DNA of 64,000 bases from Schmidtea nova (GCA_044892505.1 CM097882.1:142972001-143036000), one strand, 5' to 3'; shown: positions 24,298-35,917, counted from the first letter of the stretch. Notes: a model not told the origin generated them from the letters alone. Numbers and translations are program-made.

Positions 24298-25087
24298 AGT
24301 AGATAGTTATGAGAAGCATGACTCATCAAAATTACGTCATAATTACGTAACATTTCGTGAACCCCCCTCTCCCCCGTTTTTTTTTTGATGGCGTAATCGA
24401 TGACGTAATTTCAAATTCAAATTTTAAATTTAAATTTCCAAAGGTCAAATAAGGTCAAACCTTCAAACAATGGTATCATTCGAAAGGTCTTGAAGAGGTC
24501 TATCCAATGGTCATACCCTCGAAGGTCTATGGAGGGTCCTTAACCTTCAAGGGGTCAAAAACCTTTAACCTTTTACAATACTTACAAGTTATATATCAAA
24601 CAAAAGGTAATTGAGAGGTAAGTATGATGGTCATACTTTCAAAGGTGTATGGAGTGTCCTGAACCTTGAAAGGGTCAAAAACCTTCAACTTTTTTTAATT
24701 CTTATAATATGTACATCAAACAAAAGGTTTTTGAGAAGTGAGTATGGTAGTCATACCCTTGAAGGTACATGGAGGGTGCTCAACCTTTAAAGGGTCTAAT
24801 ATATATAATATGGGTATCAAACAAAAGCTAATTGAGATGTGCACACAATGGTCGTACCCTTGAAAAGTGCAAGATTCAAAAATTTTAAACCCTAGTAATA
24901 TACATATCATTCGAAAGGTATTTGAGAGATGTAAATGGTAGTTATACGCTCAAAGGTCTATAGTCAAAGGTTCCAAGGTAAAATTTTCAAAAAAAAAAAA
25001 TGTAAAGAATTTACATGGGGGGGGTCACGAAATATTATGTAATTATGACGTAATTTCGATGAGTTATGCTTCTCATAACTATCTACT
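24298..25087. mobile_element. 790-bp central core with its own AGTAG...CTACT termini and 70-bp imperfect inverted repeat
   Basis: AGTAGATAGTTATGAGAAGCAT at 24298; reverse complement ends at 25087; 5 mismatches in 70 bp; flanks are inverted (CAGGAT/ATCCTG), so no TSD. Confidence 0.75.
24474..24960. repeat. About 5 degenerate 90-120-bp direct repeats in the palindrome loop
   Basis: Units begin ATCA(TTCG/AACA)AAAGGT...TTGAGA...GGTCATACCCTTGAAGGT near 24475, 24595, 24715, 24816, 24906. Confidence 0.8.
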
Positions 25088-25144
25088 ATCCTGTTTTTTT
25101 CTGACGGGTTCTTTGACACTTTATTCGGGCCTGATCAGGTTTTA

Positions 25145-26245
25145 AGTGTAACAATAGATAGACAGAATTTTATTGTCTACAAAATGGCTGAATTAAAAAT
25201 TCAAAATGTTGTGTATATTGTTGTGCACACGTGTTTTGTCATTAAATTTGTATATTTCACCTAAATAAAATAACTTTTTTGAGTTTTCATTGTAATATTG
25301 TATAGATAAAATTTAATTGTCTACAAAATAGCTTTATTAGAATTCTGAAAGTTGTCGTATTTTGTGATGCACACGTGTTTTATTTTGAATTTTCAAATTT
25401 TTAACAATATAAAGTAACTTTATGTATTTTTCATTGTAATAAAGTATAAGTAAAATTTAATTTCCTATAAAATGGCTTGATTAGAAATTTAGTTTGTTGG
25501 TGTGTTTGTAATGCACACGTGTTTTGTAATTAATTTTATATTTTTCGTGTATATAAAATAAATTTATTGAGTTTTCCTTGTAATATTATATGTGTAAAAT
25601 TTAAATGTCTACAAAATTGCTTTATTAGAAATCTGAAAGTTGTTGTATTTTGTAATACACACGTGTTTTGTAATTAATTTTGCATTTTTCGTGTATATAA
25701 AATAAATTTATTGAGTTTTCATTGTAATAAAGTATAAGTACAATTTAATTTCCTATAAAATGGCTTGATTAGAAAATTAGTTTGCTAGTGTGTTTGTAAT
25801 ACACACGTGTTTTGTAATTAATTTTGCATTTTTCGTGTATATAAAATAAATTTATTGACTTTTCATTGTAATAAAGTATAGATAAAATTTAAATTGCTAT
25901 AAAATGGCTTGATTCAAAATCTAAAAGTTGTCGTTTTTGGTGTTACACACGTGTTTTGTAATTAATTTTGCATTTTTCATGTATATAAAATAAATTTATT
26001 GACTTTTCATTGTAATAAAGTATATGTAAAATTTAATTTCCTATAAAATGGCTTGATTCAAAATCTAAAAGTTGTCGTTTTTCGTGTTACACACGTGTTT
26101 TGTAATTAATTTTGTAAGTTTTAGTTATTTAAAATAACTTTAGTGAGTTTTCATTGTAATTACATATAGATAAAATTTAAATATCTATAAAATGGCTTGA
26201 TTCAAAATTAAGTATATTGATATGTTTGTGATGCACACGTGTTTT
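25145..26245. repeat. 144-bp E-box array, 8 units, right arm (inverted)
   Basis: Reverse complement of 23140-24240. Confidence 0.95.
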
Positions 26246-26650
26246 GTAATAAAATACTGGGATTTTTTCGACTATTTAGCATAGATTTATCGAATATTTA
26301 TTGTAATCATGTGTAGATATAATTTAATTTTCTATCATATACTAATGAAAATTATAAAGGTTTTGTGTGTGTTATTGACAATTCTAATGTATTTTATCAA
26401 AATTAATTAAAATATTTTTTATAACTGACGTAATTATTGAAATGTAATATAATTTAGACGTAATTTACTGAAATATTTAGTCTAATATATTTTAATCATA
26501 TGACATGCATGCAATTCATTGAAATATTTTATAACTTTGATGTGTATTATAATTTGTTGAAATAACTTTTCTAGTTTTTTTAAAATACTGCAACGTAATA
26601 TATAATTAGTCATAATTCTCTATCTGATGATAATAATACCTTTACTGCCT

Positions 26651-26750
26651 CTTACTCGATTCTGATTGGTTGATAAGAATAAATTTCCTACCCCTTACTC
26701 GATTTTTATTGGTCAAAGGTTATGTGTGTGTAATAACTTTGATATATAAA
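26651..26750 (+). promoter_or_regulatory. PolB promoter, right arm: two inverted CCAAT boxes plus TATATAAA
   Basis: GATTGG near 26664, TATTGG near 26707, GATATATAAA at 26741-26750, ATG at 26800. Confidence 0.7.
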
Positions 26751-26799
26751 CAATACTTTTTCATTCATTATTCACTTTTACAAATAATAAACATTAAAA

Positions 26800-29700
26800 A
26801 TGAACACAATAACAAGTTTTATGAACGAAAACCCAAGTGGGAAAGAAAACGGTAAATTTATTTTTTAATTTATTATCATTTAGTAGTAATTTAGGTAATA
26901 TCAATAATTCAATTGGGAAATCGTTGTTAGAAAATACAGAAGAAAATGGTACTTAATCTTAAACATAATATATTATTTAATTTTTACTTTAGGTGATGTA
27001 AATATGACTGAACTAACTACCGTACAAACTAAGATTATTAGTGACGAAAATAATATGAATAATGGAGTTATACCTGATGTGGTATTGAATGACCAATGTA
27101 AGTATTGATTAATTTTAATTAATTTAATTATATTTTAATTAATTTAGTAAATAAATATAGTAAAATATTTGTAAATATATAATTTGATAATATTATTATT
27201 ATTTTTAACATTAATTTACATTCATAGGTGCTTTATACCCAAATTATTGCTTTTCAACTGACCACAACGATAATTGTCATCGATCAATGGAGCAATATTA
27301 TGGACACTCTTATTATAAAATTCGCTATTATATATGTCCCGTATGCCAAACTTCCCAACCCCTTAAATATAAAAATTTTTACGATGAACATAAGGATCAT
27401 TTAAATGAATATAGGTCTAAGAAAATAAAATTATTTAAAAGACCAAACTTGACTCAAAACCCTATAAATAATAAAAAGATTAAATTGAACATAGAAATAA
27501 TCAAGAAATCACAAAATTTACAAGAAGAGATTGAAGATAAGATTTTATTAGAAGCGATGGAAGCGGACGAAACGGACAAAAACAAGATTTTACTTGAAAC
27601 GGTGGAAGAGATTGAAGATTTTTGGAACGTTGGATTTTATCAAACTGGAGGAAGTGTTATAGAACCTCTCCCTGTCATTGAAAGTGATTTAAATGGATCG
27701 CATAGGATTTTAAAAATTAACACTAGTGATTTAAATATAAAGCAAATTATTTTTCCACAATCATTAATTAATAAATTAATAGAAATAATTAATGAAATAG
27801 GCTATGTGAAGATACAATTTGGTATCTGTGTTGAATTTGAGAAAGATGGAGAAATTAAAAGAAACAATATTTCCAATAGTGCAAAACCTCTGACACAGAA
27901 ATTTTTCGAAGAGGGAATTAAAAAATTGAATGAAAAGATAACTTCATTTTCGGAATTAGGTAGCAGTTGGGTACTTAATCGTATTACTGAAATAAGTTTT
28001 GTTGTAACTAAGATATCCAATATAAGTAGGTTAGCAGGTAGAAGCATTGTAAAAACTCCTCAAGGATTAAAAGGAAAGAGATGTATATTAAACATTGATA
28101 ATAAGGATAATTTATGTTTTTTATATAGCATTTTAGCTATATTAAAATATGATTTAAAATCTAGAGATAGAGAAAGAGTATCAAAATATATAAATTTTTT
28201 GTCAGAGCTCAAATATGATATATCAGACATGCCCATGAAATTAAATAGTATCAGAAAATTCGAAGCAAAGAATCCAGGATTGATCATAAATGTACTATGT
28301 TATAATAATGAAATTAATGAAGAGCAAGATGATTATATTTTAAAGCATCCTCATTTGGATATTATTCATCGGTCAAAAGTAATAGAAGGAAAAACTATAA
28401 ATTTATTGTTATTAAATGAAGGGGAAAAATATCATTATGTACCTATTATAAATTTAAAACGTTTAATGAATTGTCACCAAAGCATTTATTGTACTACTAG
28501 GATAAGAAGCGAATGGTGCAGTAGATGTTTAAATGGTTTCCCAAATAAAATATCGTTGGAAAAACATGAGATTTTATGCAGAAAAAATCAACTAGGAACA
28601 ACATTATACACTTTCCCGGAAAATAAAATGCTTAAATTTTCAGATTGGTCAAAAACTGTTACCCCACCATTTGTTATTTATGCAGACTTTGAAGCTATTT
28701 TACCAAAGGATGATGTATATTATCAGAAACACTTGCCTATTTCTGCGGGGCTTTTGTTAATAAATAACTTTGATGGGACAAAATCTTACCAACAATTTAT
28801 TGGACTAAATTGTGTAGATGAATTTTTAAAAGCGATTGAAGATATTGCTTTATTAAAAGTTCTTCCATATTACAATAAAAATGGAAACAAACCAATGAAT
28901 AGATTGACTGAAATTGAAGAGGATCAATTTAAAAATGGTACTACTTGTTACCTTTGCATGAAAAATATCGTAGATCCTGTAAGAGACCATGATCATTTCA
29001 CTGGGAAATATTTAGGTGCAGCATGTCAAACGTGTAACATTAATAGAAAAATCAACAAGTCTTTACCAATAGTTTTTCATAACTTGAAAGGATATGATAT
29101 GCACCATATTCTTAAACACGGATTAAATAAGTTCAAGAATTGGTCATTGGGTTGTATACCTATTACAACTGAAAAATTTATTTCATTGATAGCTCATGTT
29201 GGCAAGATTAGTTTAAGATTTTTAGACTCATACCAGTTTGTGAATGATTCTTTGGCAAAGGCAGTGAAAACGTTGAAATCTTTACCTTTGACAAATTCGG
29301 TTTTTAATGGAACTATAGTTTCTGAAAAGGGGATTTTTCCGTATAGCTTTGCTACAAGTTTAGAAGTACTTGAAAATACTTATGAGTTACCACCAATCTG
29401 GAAAGGTGTTTCAAAAGAAGAATATGAAAAGGCACAACTGATTTGGACAGAAACAAACTGTGTTACTCTTTTAGATTATATGATGACTTACTTGAAACTT
29501 GATTGCTTTCTTTTGGCTGATTTCTTTCAGCAATTTCGAACCAAATCTATAGCTCACAATAGATTAGAGCCATTGAATTACTTCGGTATTCCTGGCATGT
29601 CTTGGTCATCTTCTTTAATGACTTTAGATGAACCAATAGAATTAATAACATAAAATGAAATGTTTAGCTTTTATGAAGGGGGAATTCGAGGAGGTTTGAC

Positions 29701-31021
29701 TTTTGTAAATAAACACTTCGTTAAAACAGATGAAAATACAGAATTATTGTATATCGATATAAATAATCTTTACGGATGGGCTTTAAGTGAACCTTTACCT
29801 TGTGGAGAATTTAGTTGGGTGACTGATAATTTAGATAATATTTTGCATGACTGTATTAATCTAAATCTTGAATCTATATCTTACGGTTACACTTTAGAGG
29901 TAGATTTGGAAATACCTGCTGAAATTCATGATTTCTTGGATGATTTCCCGGTAGCTGCAGAAAAAATGAAACCACGAGGTTCAAAAGTAGAAAAATTACT
30001 ATTGACTCATTACCCTAAAAATAATTATATAATTCATTGGCGATTACTTCAATTATATTTAGGACTTGGTGTTAAAGTCACAAAGATAAATAGAGCAGTT
30101 AAATTTAAACAATCTCCAATTTTCAAAAAGTATATAGACACCAACACTGAATTGCGGGCGAAAAGTACTAATACTTTAGATAAAAACTTTTTCAAATTAC
30201 TCAATAATAGTCTGTATGGCAAAACAGTGGAAAATCTTAAAAGGAGAATGAATTTAAGATTATGTTCAACGGAGAAAAAACTAGTTAAATATACATCAAA
30301 ACCTTCTTTCAAAAAATCTATTAAAATCGACGATAATTTAGTTGCTGCTTTATTAAATCCAGATTCGATTTGTTTAGATAGACCGAGTTATATTGGACAA
30401 TCGGTGCTTGATTTATCAAAACTTCGAATGTACGAATTACAATACAAAGATTTACAAAAATATCGCGACAAATATAGTTGTCAGATAAATATCGTAGCAG
30501 GCGATACAGATTCGTTTTTTCTAGAAATTAAAAATCTAAAATTAGAAATATTATTAAATGAAATGAAAAATGATAACTTGTTAGATACATCAAATTATCC
30601 AACTGATCACCCACTATACAGCAAGAAATTGGATTCTGTTATTGGAAAATTCAAAGATGAAAGTAAGGGTGAAGGATATGATGAGTGGATTTTCCTTAGA
30701 CCAAAATGTTACAGCTTGTTGGGTAAAACTAATACTACAAAGGCTAAGGGAGCAACATTAAAGGATACTAAAATAGACCACGATTCATATGTAAAATGTT
30801 ATTTAAATAACTCAGAGATTAGTGTACCACAATTTAGAATAGGTACAAAAAATCATCAGTTATATAGCTTTAAAAATTCAAAAATTGCACTAACTAATAA
30901 TGATGATAAAAGGGTTTGGGTGGGAAAAAATGAAAGTTGTGCATACGGGCATTATAAAGACACTAATGACAGAGAATTCAATCAAGTTACAGAAGAAGAC
31001 GATGAAGAAGATTTATTTTAA
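26800..31021 (+). pseudogene. polB: Right-arm pPolB with one premature stop; exons 26800-26851, 26895-26948, 26993-27097, 27228-31021
   Basis: GAA>TAA at 29651-29653 splits the ORF into 788 + 453 aa; otherwise differs from the left copy by 4 missense changes. Confidence 0.92.
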
Positions 31022-31564
31022 TAAAATTTGTATTTATTTTAATAAAATTTAGTTAAAAATGTTTCTTTTTATTAGTTAAAAATTTTTCTTTTTATTAGTT
31101 AAGACTTTTATTGGTTTAAAAAAGAATTTTGTGAAAAATTAATTTCATTTTGTGAAAAAGAATTTAATTTTATATTTAAAAATTTACCAACTCTGATTTC
31201 TCCAAAAAATTGATTTTACCCTTTTTATTTATTAAATTTTAAATATTGTGTCATTTCAACTCTCACATTGCCTTGATTTTACCCTTTTTTTTCTTAAATT
31301 TTAAATATTATGTCATTCTTTTGTCTTTGTATTTTACCATAGAAATAAAAACCATTTAAATCTATTTAACATTTTGATAAATTTACACGTGTTTTTATTT
31401 ACCATAAAAATCTCTTGAAAATTTCTGTATAATAATTACTAGAGTCTCTTTTTGTCCTAGATAGGATCTGGGAGTAGAAAATGCTTTACAAAAACCTCGA
31501 CCAAAATTCCATGTACAAAATACCAGTCCCTTTTTGCCTGAGAAAAATCTCGGAGCCCAAAATC

Positions 31565-31850
31565 CCTGTACAAAAGACCGACAAAAATTTTCCAATAAAA
31601 AAGATCGATCCAAAAACATAATGGCCCGCTAACGCACCTGTACAAAAGACCGACGAAAATTTTCCAATACAAAGATTGACCCAAAAACATAATGGCCCGC
31701 TAACGCACCTGTACAAAAGACCGACGAAAATTTTCCAATACAAAGATTGACCCAAAAACATAATGGCCCGCTAACGCACCTGTACAAAAGACCGACAATA
31801 AATTTCCAATACAATAATTGCCAGAAAAAACATAGTGGCCCGTCAACGCA
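31565..31850. repeat. 71-bp subterminal tandem repeat, 4 units (right arm)
   Basis: Reverse complement of the left array with one unit fewer. Confidence 0.95.
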
Positions 31851-33012
31851 GAGAAAAAAATTTTCTAGGGGGGTGGGGGGGGTGGGTAGAATTTAAGTGC
31901 GCCAAAGGGCCATTATCTCACTACTCGTGTAAACTTCAAAATTATCGTTAAAAAATGTGCACACCCCAAAACCTATCGCTATGTAAAACTCACAATCATT
32001 GCTATGTAATAAAAATTGTGCAACACTCAAAATACTATCACTATATGCAACAATCAAAAAACTATCGCTATTAAAAATATGTTACCAAATACTATTCACT
32101 ATGTGCAACGATCAAAATGTTTTATCAAAACTATTCACTATGTGTAACGATCAAAATGTTTAACAAAACTATTCATAATGTGAAACCTCTATTAAAACCA
32201 TTTTACATATAAGAATCTTATCTCACTCAACATTTCGTGGAGCTAAAGAGTCCCAGAAAGACGACTTGCGCCCTCGCAGCGTGAGCTACTGAGGAAGCAT
32301 ATTTATATTTATAAATGACAATTTTATATAATAAACATCATAGAATATCTATTAAATCAAATCAAATCATAGTAACCATTACAAACAAAATCCACAAAAT
32401 TTACATGATCAAAGCTGGCTGGTGAAATCTTTACCGGAATCTGTGCAAATTTTTAATTTCAAAAAAAATGTTCTCCGCGAGTTGAAATTATGAATTTCTA
32501 ATGCCTTTATATACTATTTTTGATATCGGTGTGTCCATTACTGATGCGGGGTTTCTATACAACTGTTAGCAAAGCTGTTGGTGTATGTGGCCGCTTTTCT
32601 GTCGGTTTTCTCTCATCTTACCGACCCCCAACACCAGTCGCTCGGACATTACGTGTGATATCGCATGTTGACTCTGTCGAGACTGCATGCACGTAATATC
32701 CATTTATTTTTATTTTTCTATTTTTACAACATTTTTTAACATTACTAATTAGTTTTCAACGGCCATTTAACCAAATCAAAACACGCTACCACAAATCGGG
32801 TAGTCACTTATTGTTATTGATCCGGTGATTAAATAAAATCATTTCAAATTACTGTTGCGTTGCAAATTACGACAACGCGATTTCGCAACTACACAAATAA
32901 AATTCAATCTCATTTATTTTAAAAATTAAAATTACAATTAAAAGAATAAAAACAAGGTTTTCCTATAACATACGAACCTGTATATTTATTTGTATATTAA
33001 ATTACTAATTAA

Positions 33013-33483
33013 CCCTACGTCCGTAGCGTCCATTTTCCTTACATCGTCGGTCGCGTGGGGTCTTTAAAGGCCCGGAACTTAGAAAAACCTACATAACTTT
33101 TTAATTATTTAAGTTAGATGTTTGTGTGTCTAAGTAGCTGCCTATTTTTTTAGATGTATAGTTATAAGTATCTTGATGTTTAAAGGTAAAGAATGCCTGG
33201 AATTTGACATTTCTTGTTATTATGTAAAAGAGTTTAAATTTTGTTATTTTTTATTTGGTAATTTTAAACTCGAAGTGCTAAAATGACGAAATGGTCTGTT
33301 TTCTAATAAGTTATAATTTCCATGCCAAAATAAATAACGAAATACAAAATATGCTTTATTATCGTTAAATATATACCCACATTACAGAAAAACATAAAAC
33401 ACTATATACATATATAATAAATATATAAAATTTCGCCAAATAATGTATTGGGCCTTTAAAGACCCCACGCAACCGACCCCGGG
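33013..33483. mobile_element. piggyBac-type non-autonomous element (471 bp)
   Basis: TTAA at 33009-33012 and 33484-33487; CCC...GGG ends; asymmetric subterminal inverted repeats 33048-33073 / 33450-33475. Confidence 0.75.
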
Positions 33484-33509
33484 TTAAACTACATCTAACA
33501 CATCAAAAT

Positions 33510-34751
33510 TTAATGCGAAGGTTGTTGTTGTCTATTGGCACAAAGTTTATCAAATCTTGGAGGTAATGTGGAGATTGCCACTCGTAACTCTTTTTCGACT
33601 ATTAACCTGGCTCGATATTTGATTTTCATTGCAGCTAGTGCCGACAAGCCCGTTTCGCATAAATAAGATGTTACAAATAGTAGAAGCACTTGCATTGCTT
33701 TGCAATACATACTCTTCACTAAGATTCATCCAAAATTGAATTATTGTTTCATTTTGAAACTTTTGTTTTAGTAAACTATCGTATGATAATTCTATCAATT
33801 TTTCTCTTTCGATTGTTGACAGCTCAAATTCGTCTTCTTCATTGTCGAAAAATGGATTCTGTACCCACAAAAACTTTGAGAAATCAAGGTCTTTGAAATA
33901 ATTTGTAAAATGCATCACAAAACCATCCAAGTGTTCAATAAAAATATTTTTGCTTGATTCTATGTTGGCCGTGGTCCAGAAATCTTTTGAAAATGAAAAC
34001 ATATCTAACTCATTCTTTTGTAAATTTGATTTCCAAAATTTCAGCTTTTTAATGAAAACTTTAACTTTGTCTTTTTGAACAAGTGGATGCATTTGTGATC
34101 CCTGCATTGATTTATTCAAACCTCTCAATTTTCCAAAAATTTCAACCAAATAGGCAAGTTTCACAATAAAGTTATCGTTCGTCCACAAATGTGCCTCTTC
34201 ATGATGGTTTTCTTCGAGAAAGATTGCTATTTCTTCTTTGAGTTCAAACACCCTTTGAATGACTTGCACAAGATAGCCAGCGAACTTCACAATAATACAG
34301 AAGGGAAATATAATTAGCTTCCATATCAACACACAGTTTTGCAAACAGCCTAGCTCTCAAGCGACTGTTCTTAATGTAATTTATAATTTTTATAACTTTT
34401 GTGAAAATGTTGTTCAGTTCCTCCCTCATATTTTTTAACACTAGAGCTGCTCTGTGAAGCATACAGTGCGTCCAGATAGCATGTGGTGCTTTTTTATCAC
34501 CAATGCTTGAAGACCTGCTTTGTATCCGGACATTGAGTGAGCTCCGTCAGTACTCAGTACACAATGCAATTATTCCATGATATGTCGTTTTCTTCAAAAA
34601 AACCGTCTATTATATTAAAAATTTCAATGGAGGTGGTCTTTCCAGGAATGGGTTTGCAAAATAATATATCTTCTAATATATCATTTTCTGCAACATATCG
34701 AACATATGCAATCAAATGGGCATCTTTAGTTATATCAGTTGCCTCGTCTAC
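33510..34751 (-). pseudogene. hAT transposase fragment (Buster/ZBED8/SCAND3-like), 5'-truncated
   Basis: WTHCMLHRAAL, YYCEVRWLS, LAYLVEIF..LNKSMQG, FVTSYLCETGLS motifs; frameshifts. Confidence 0.88.
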
Positions 34752-35066
34752 TTTTCATTTTAGTTTTTATTTTCTTACTCATATTTTTTGATATTTTTGT
34801 AAATGGTGTTAAAATTTTAGTTTATTTTGATAATATATGATATAATATTGTAAGTGTCAAACACCTTGTTCAAAGATAGAAGGTTGATTTATTAACATAG
34901 TATTTAATCATTAAATACTATGTTAATAAATCAACATTCTATCTTTGAACAAGGGGTTTGACACTTACAATATTATATCATATATTATCAAAATAAACTA
35001 AAATTTTAACACCATTTACAAAAATATCAAAAAATATGAGTAAGAAAATAAAAACTAAAATGAAAA
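34752..35066. repeat. 315-bp near-perfect palindrome centred at 34909
   Basis: TTTTCATTTTAGTTTTTATTTTCTTACTC... / ...GAGTAAGAAAATAAAAACTAAAATGAAAA with a 1-nt spacer. Confidence 0.95.
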
Positions 35067-35293
35067 ATTACTATACATTAACAGTTAATGCAGGAGGACC
35101 CATGCATTAACCAGTAAAATACAATATTGAATCTTTAATTAATTGAAATTATGATTTTTTTGAGTCCTGTCCCAAAACACAACACCAATAAAGAACGCAA
35201 TTATTGCTAATTAAATATATTTGACATCGAAAGATAAAACTAAAATAGGAATTAATTTGTGTTCGGTTCATGAAAATATAAAATTATAATTTC

Positions 35294-35917
35294 TCAGTGA
35301 TTCGATAAGTCTCTTTCCGCTTCATCTAAATCCCAATTGCACATTGACAATGTGTGGATTGAGAGCTCCTTCGCGTATCCCATGCCAACCAAATGGCTGA
35401 TCTTTGATTCGAAATCATCAAATTCATCTTTTCTTGGACCTCCTGCATAAAAATGATTCCAAAATGCTGCAGTTTTATCAAATAGATCTCTGTCATTTAT
35501 ATATTGTTTAGCAACGATTGCATCTTGAGGATCATTCGGTTCTGCTTGAATGAGTAACGAAGATATTCCGACCATAACCGTCAATAGATTTTGAGAAGTT
35601 GTCCATTTATCACTGAGTATATCAAGACAAATACACCCAGTTGCAGAACTGATATTCGGATGCCAAACCTTTGTGATGAAATAAGCCCGCGGAGGCTTTG
35701 TTGGATATTCTTTGGGAATGTTGAAGTCGACTTCGTAAGATCCCTCTTGATATGGAGAACCTGGAAATCCTGTAAAAGTTCCAATGAGTTTAGAGGTATC
35801 GTTTTGTGCATTTAGTCGAACCGAAATCCCTTCTGGATTTCTTTTATGAATAAGATTCAATTCATTAAGAATTCTTTTAGTACCGAAGTTTCTAGGATTA
35901 AGCATTTCAATTGACAT
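35294..35917 (-). CDS. UBE2K: Ubiquitin-conjugating enzyme E2 with C-terminal UBA domain (UBE2K/Ubc1-like), intronless, copy 1
   Basis: KRILNEL, PGSPYQEG, YPTKPP, WHPNISSATGCICLDIL (catalytic Cys), EPNDPQDA, UBA LVGMGY; 207 aa. Confidence 0.92.
   Translation of the reverse strand: MSIEMLNPRNFGTKRILNELNLIHKRNPEGISVRLNAQNDTSKLIGTFTGFPGSPYQEGSYEVDFNIPKEYPTKPPRAYFITKVWHPNISSATGCICLDILSDKWTTSQNLLTVMVGISSLLIQAEPNDPQDAIVAKQYINDRDLFDKTAAFWNHFYAGGPRKDEFDDFESKISHLVGMGYAKELSIHTLSMCNWDLDEAERDLSNH

Larger units (their letters stand above)
17386..31925. mobile_element. 14,540-bp fully palindromic Polinton/Maverick-like element encoding only pPolB (one copy per arm)
   Basis: Termini AGTAGTGAGATAATGG / CCATTATCTCACTACT; 6-bp TSD CGTGTA at 17380-17385 and 31926-31931; arms mirror as x + y = 49385 (18364/31021, 22098/27287, 22530/26855); unique loop 24368-25017. 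Confidence 0.95.

Noticed and set aside
24298-25087. Core as an independent MITE insertion
   Set aside because: Flanks are inverted (CAGGAT / ATCCTG), not a direct TSD.
17386-31925. Palindrome as an assembly or MDA artefact
   Set aside because: Matching 6-bp TSD at both outer ends, arm-specific substitutions, different repeat counts and a unique 650-bp loop; read-level confirmation is still desirable.
31960-32190. Degenerate ~39-bp repeats right of the palindrome as part of the element
   Set aside because: They lie outside the TSD and belong to the unidentified target sequence.
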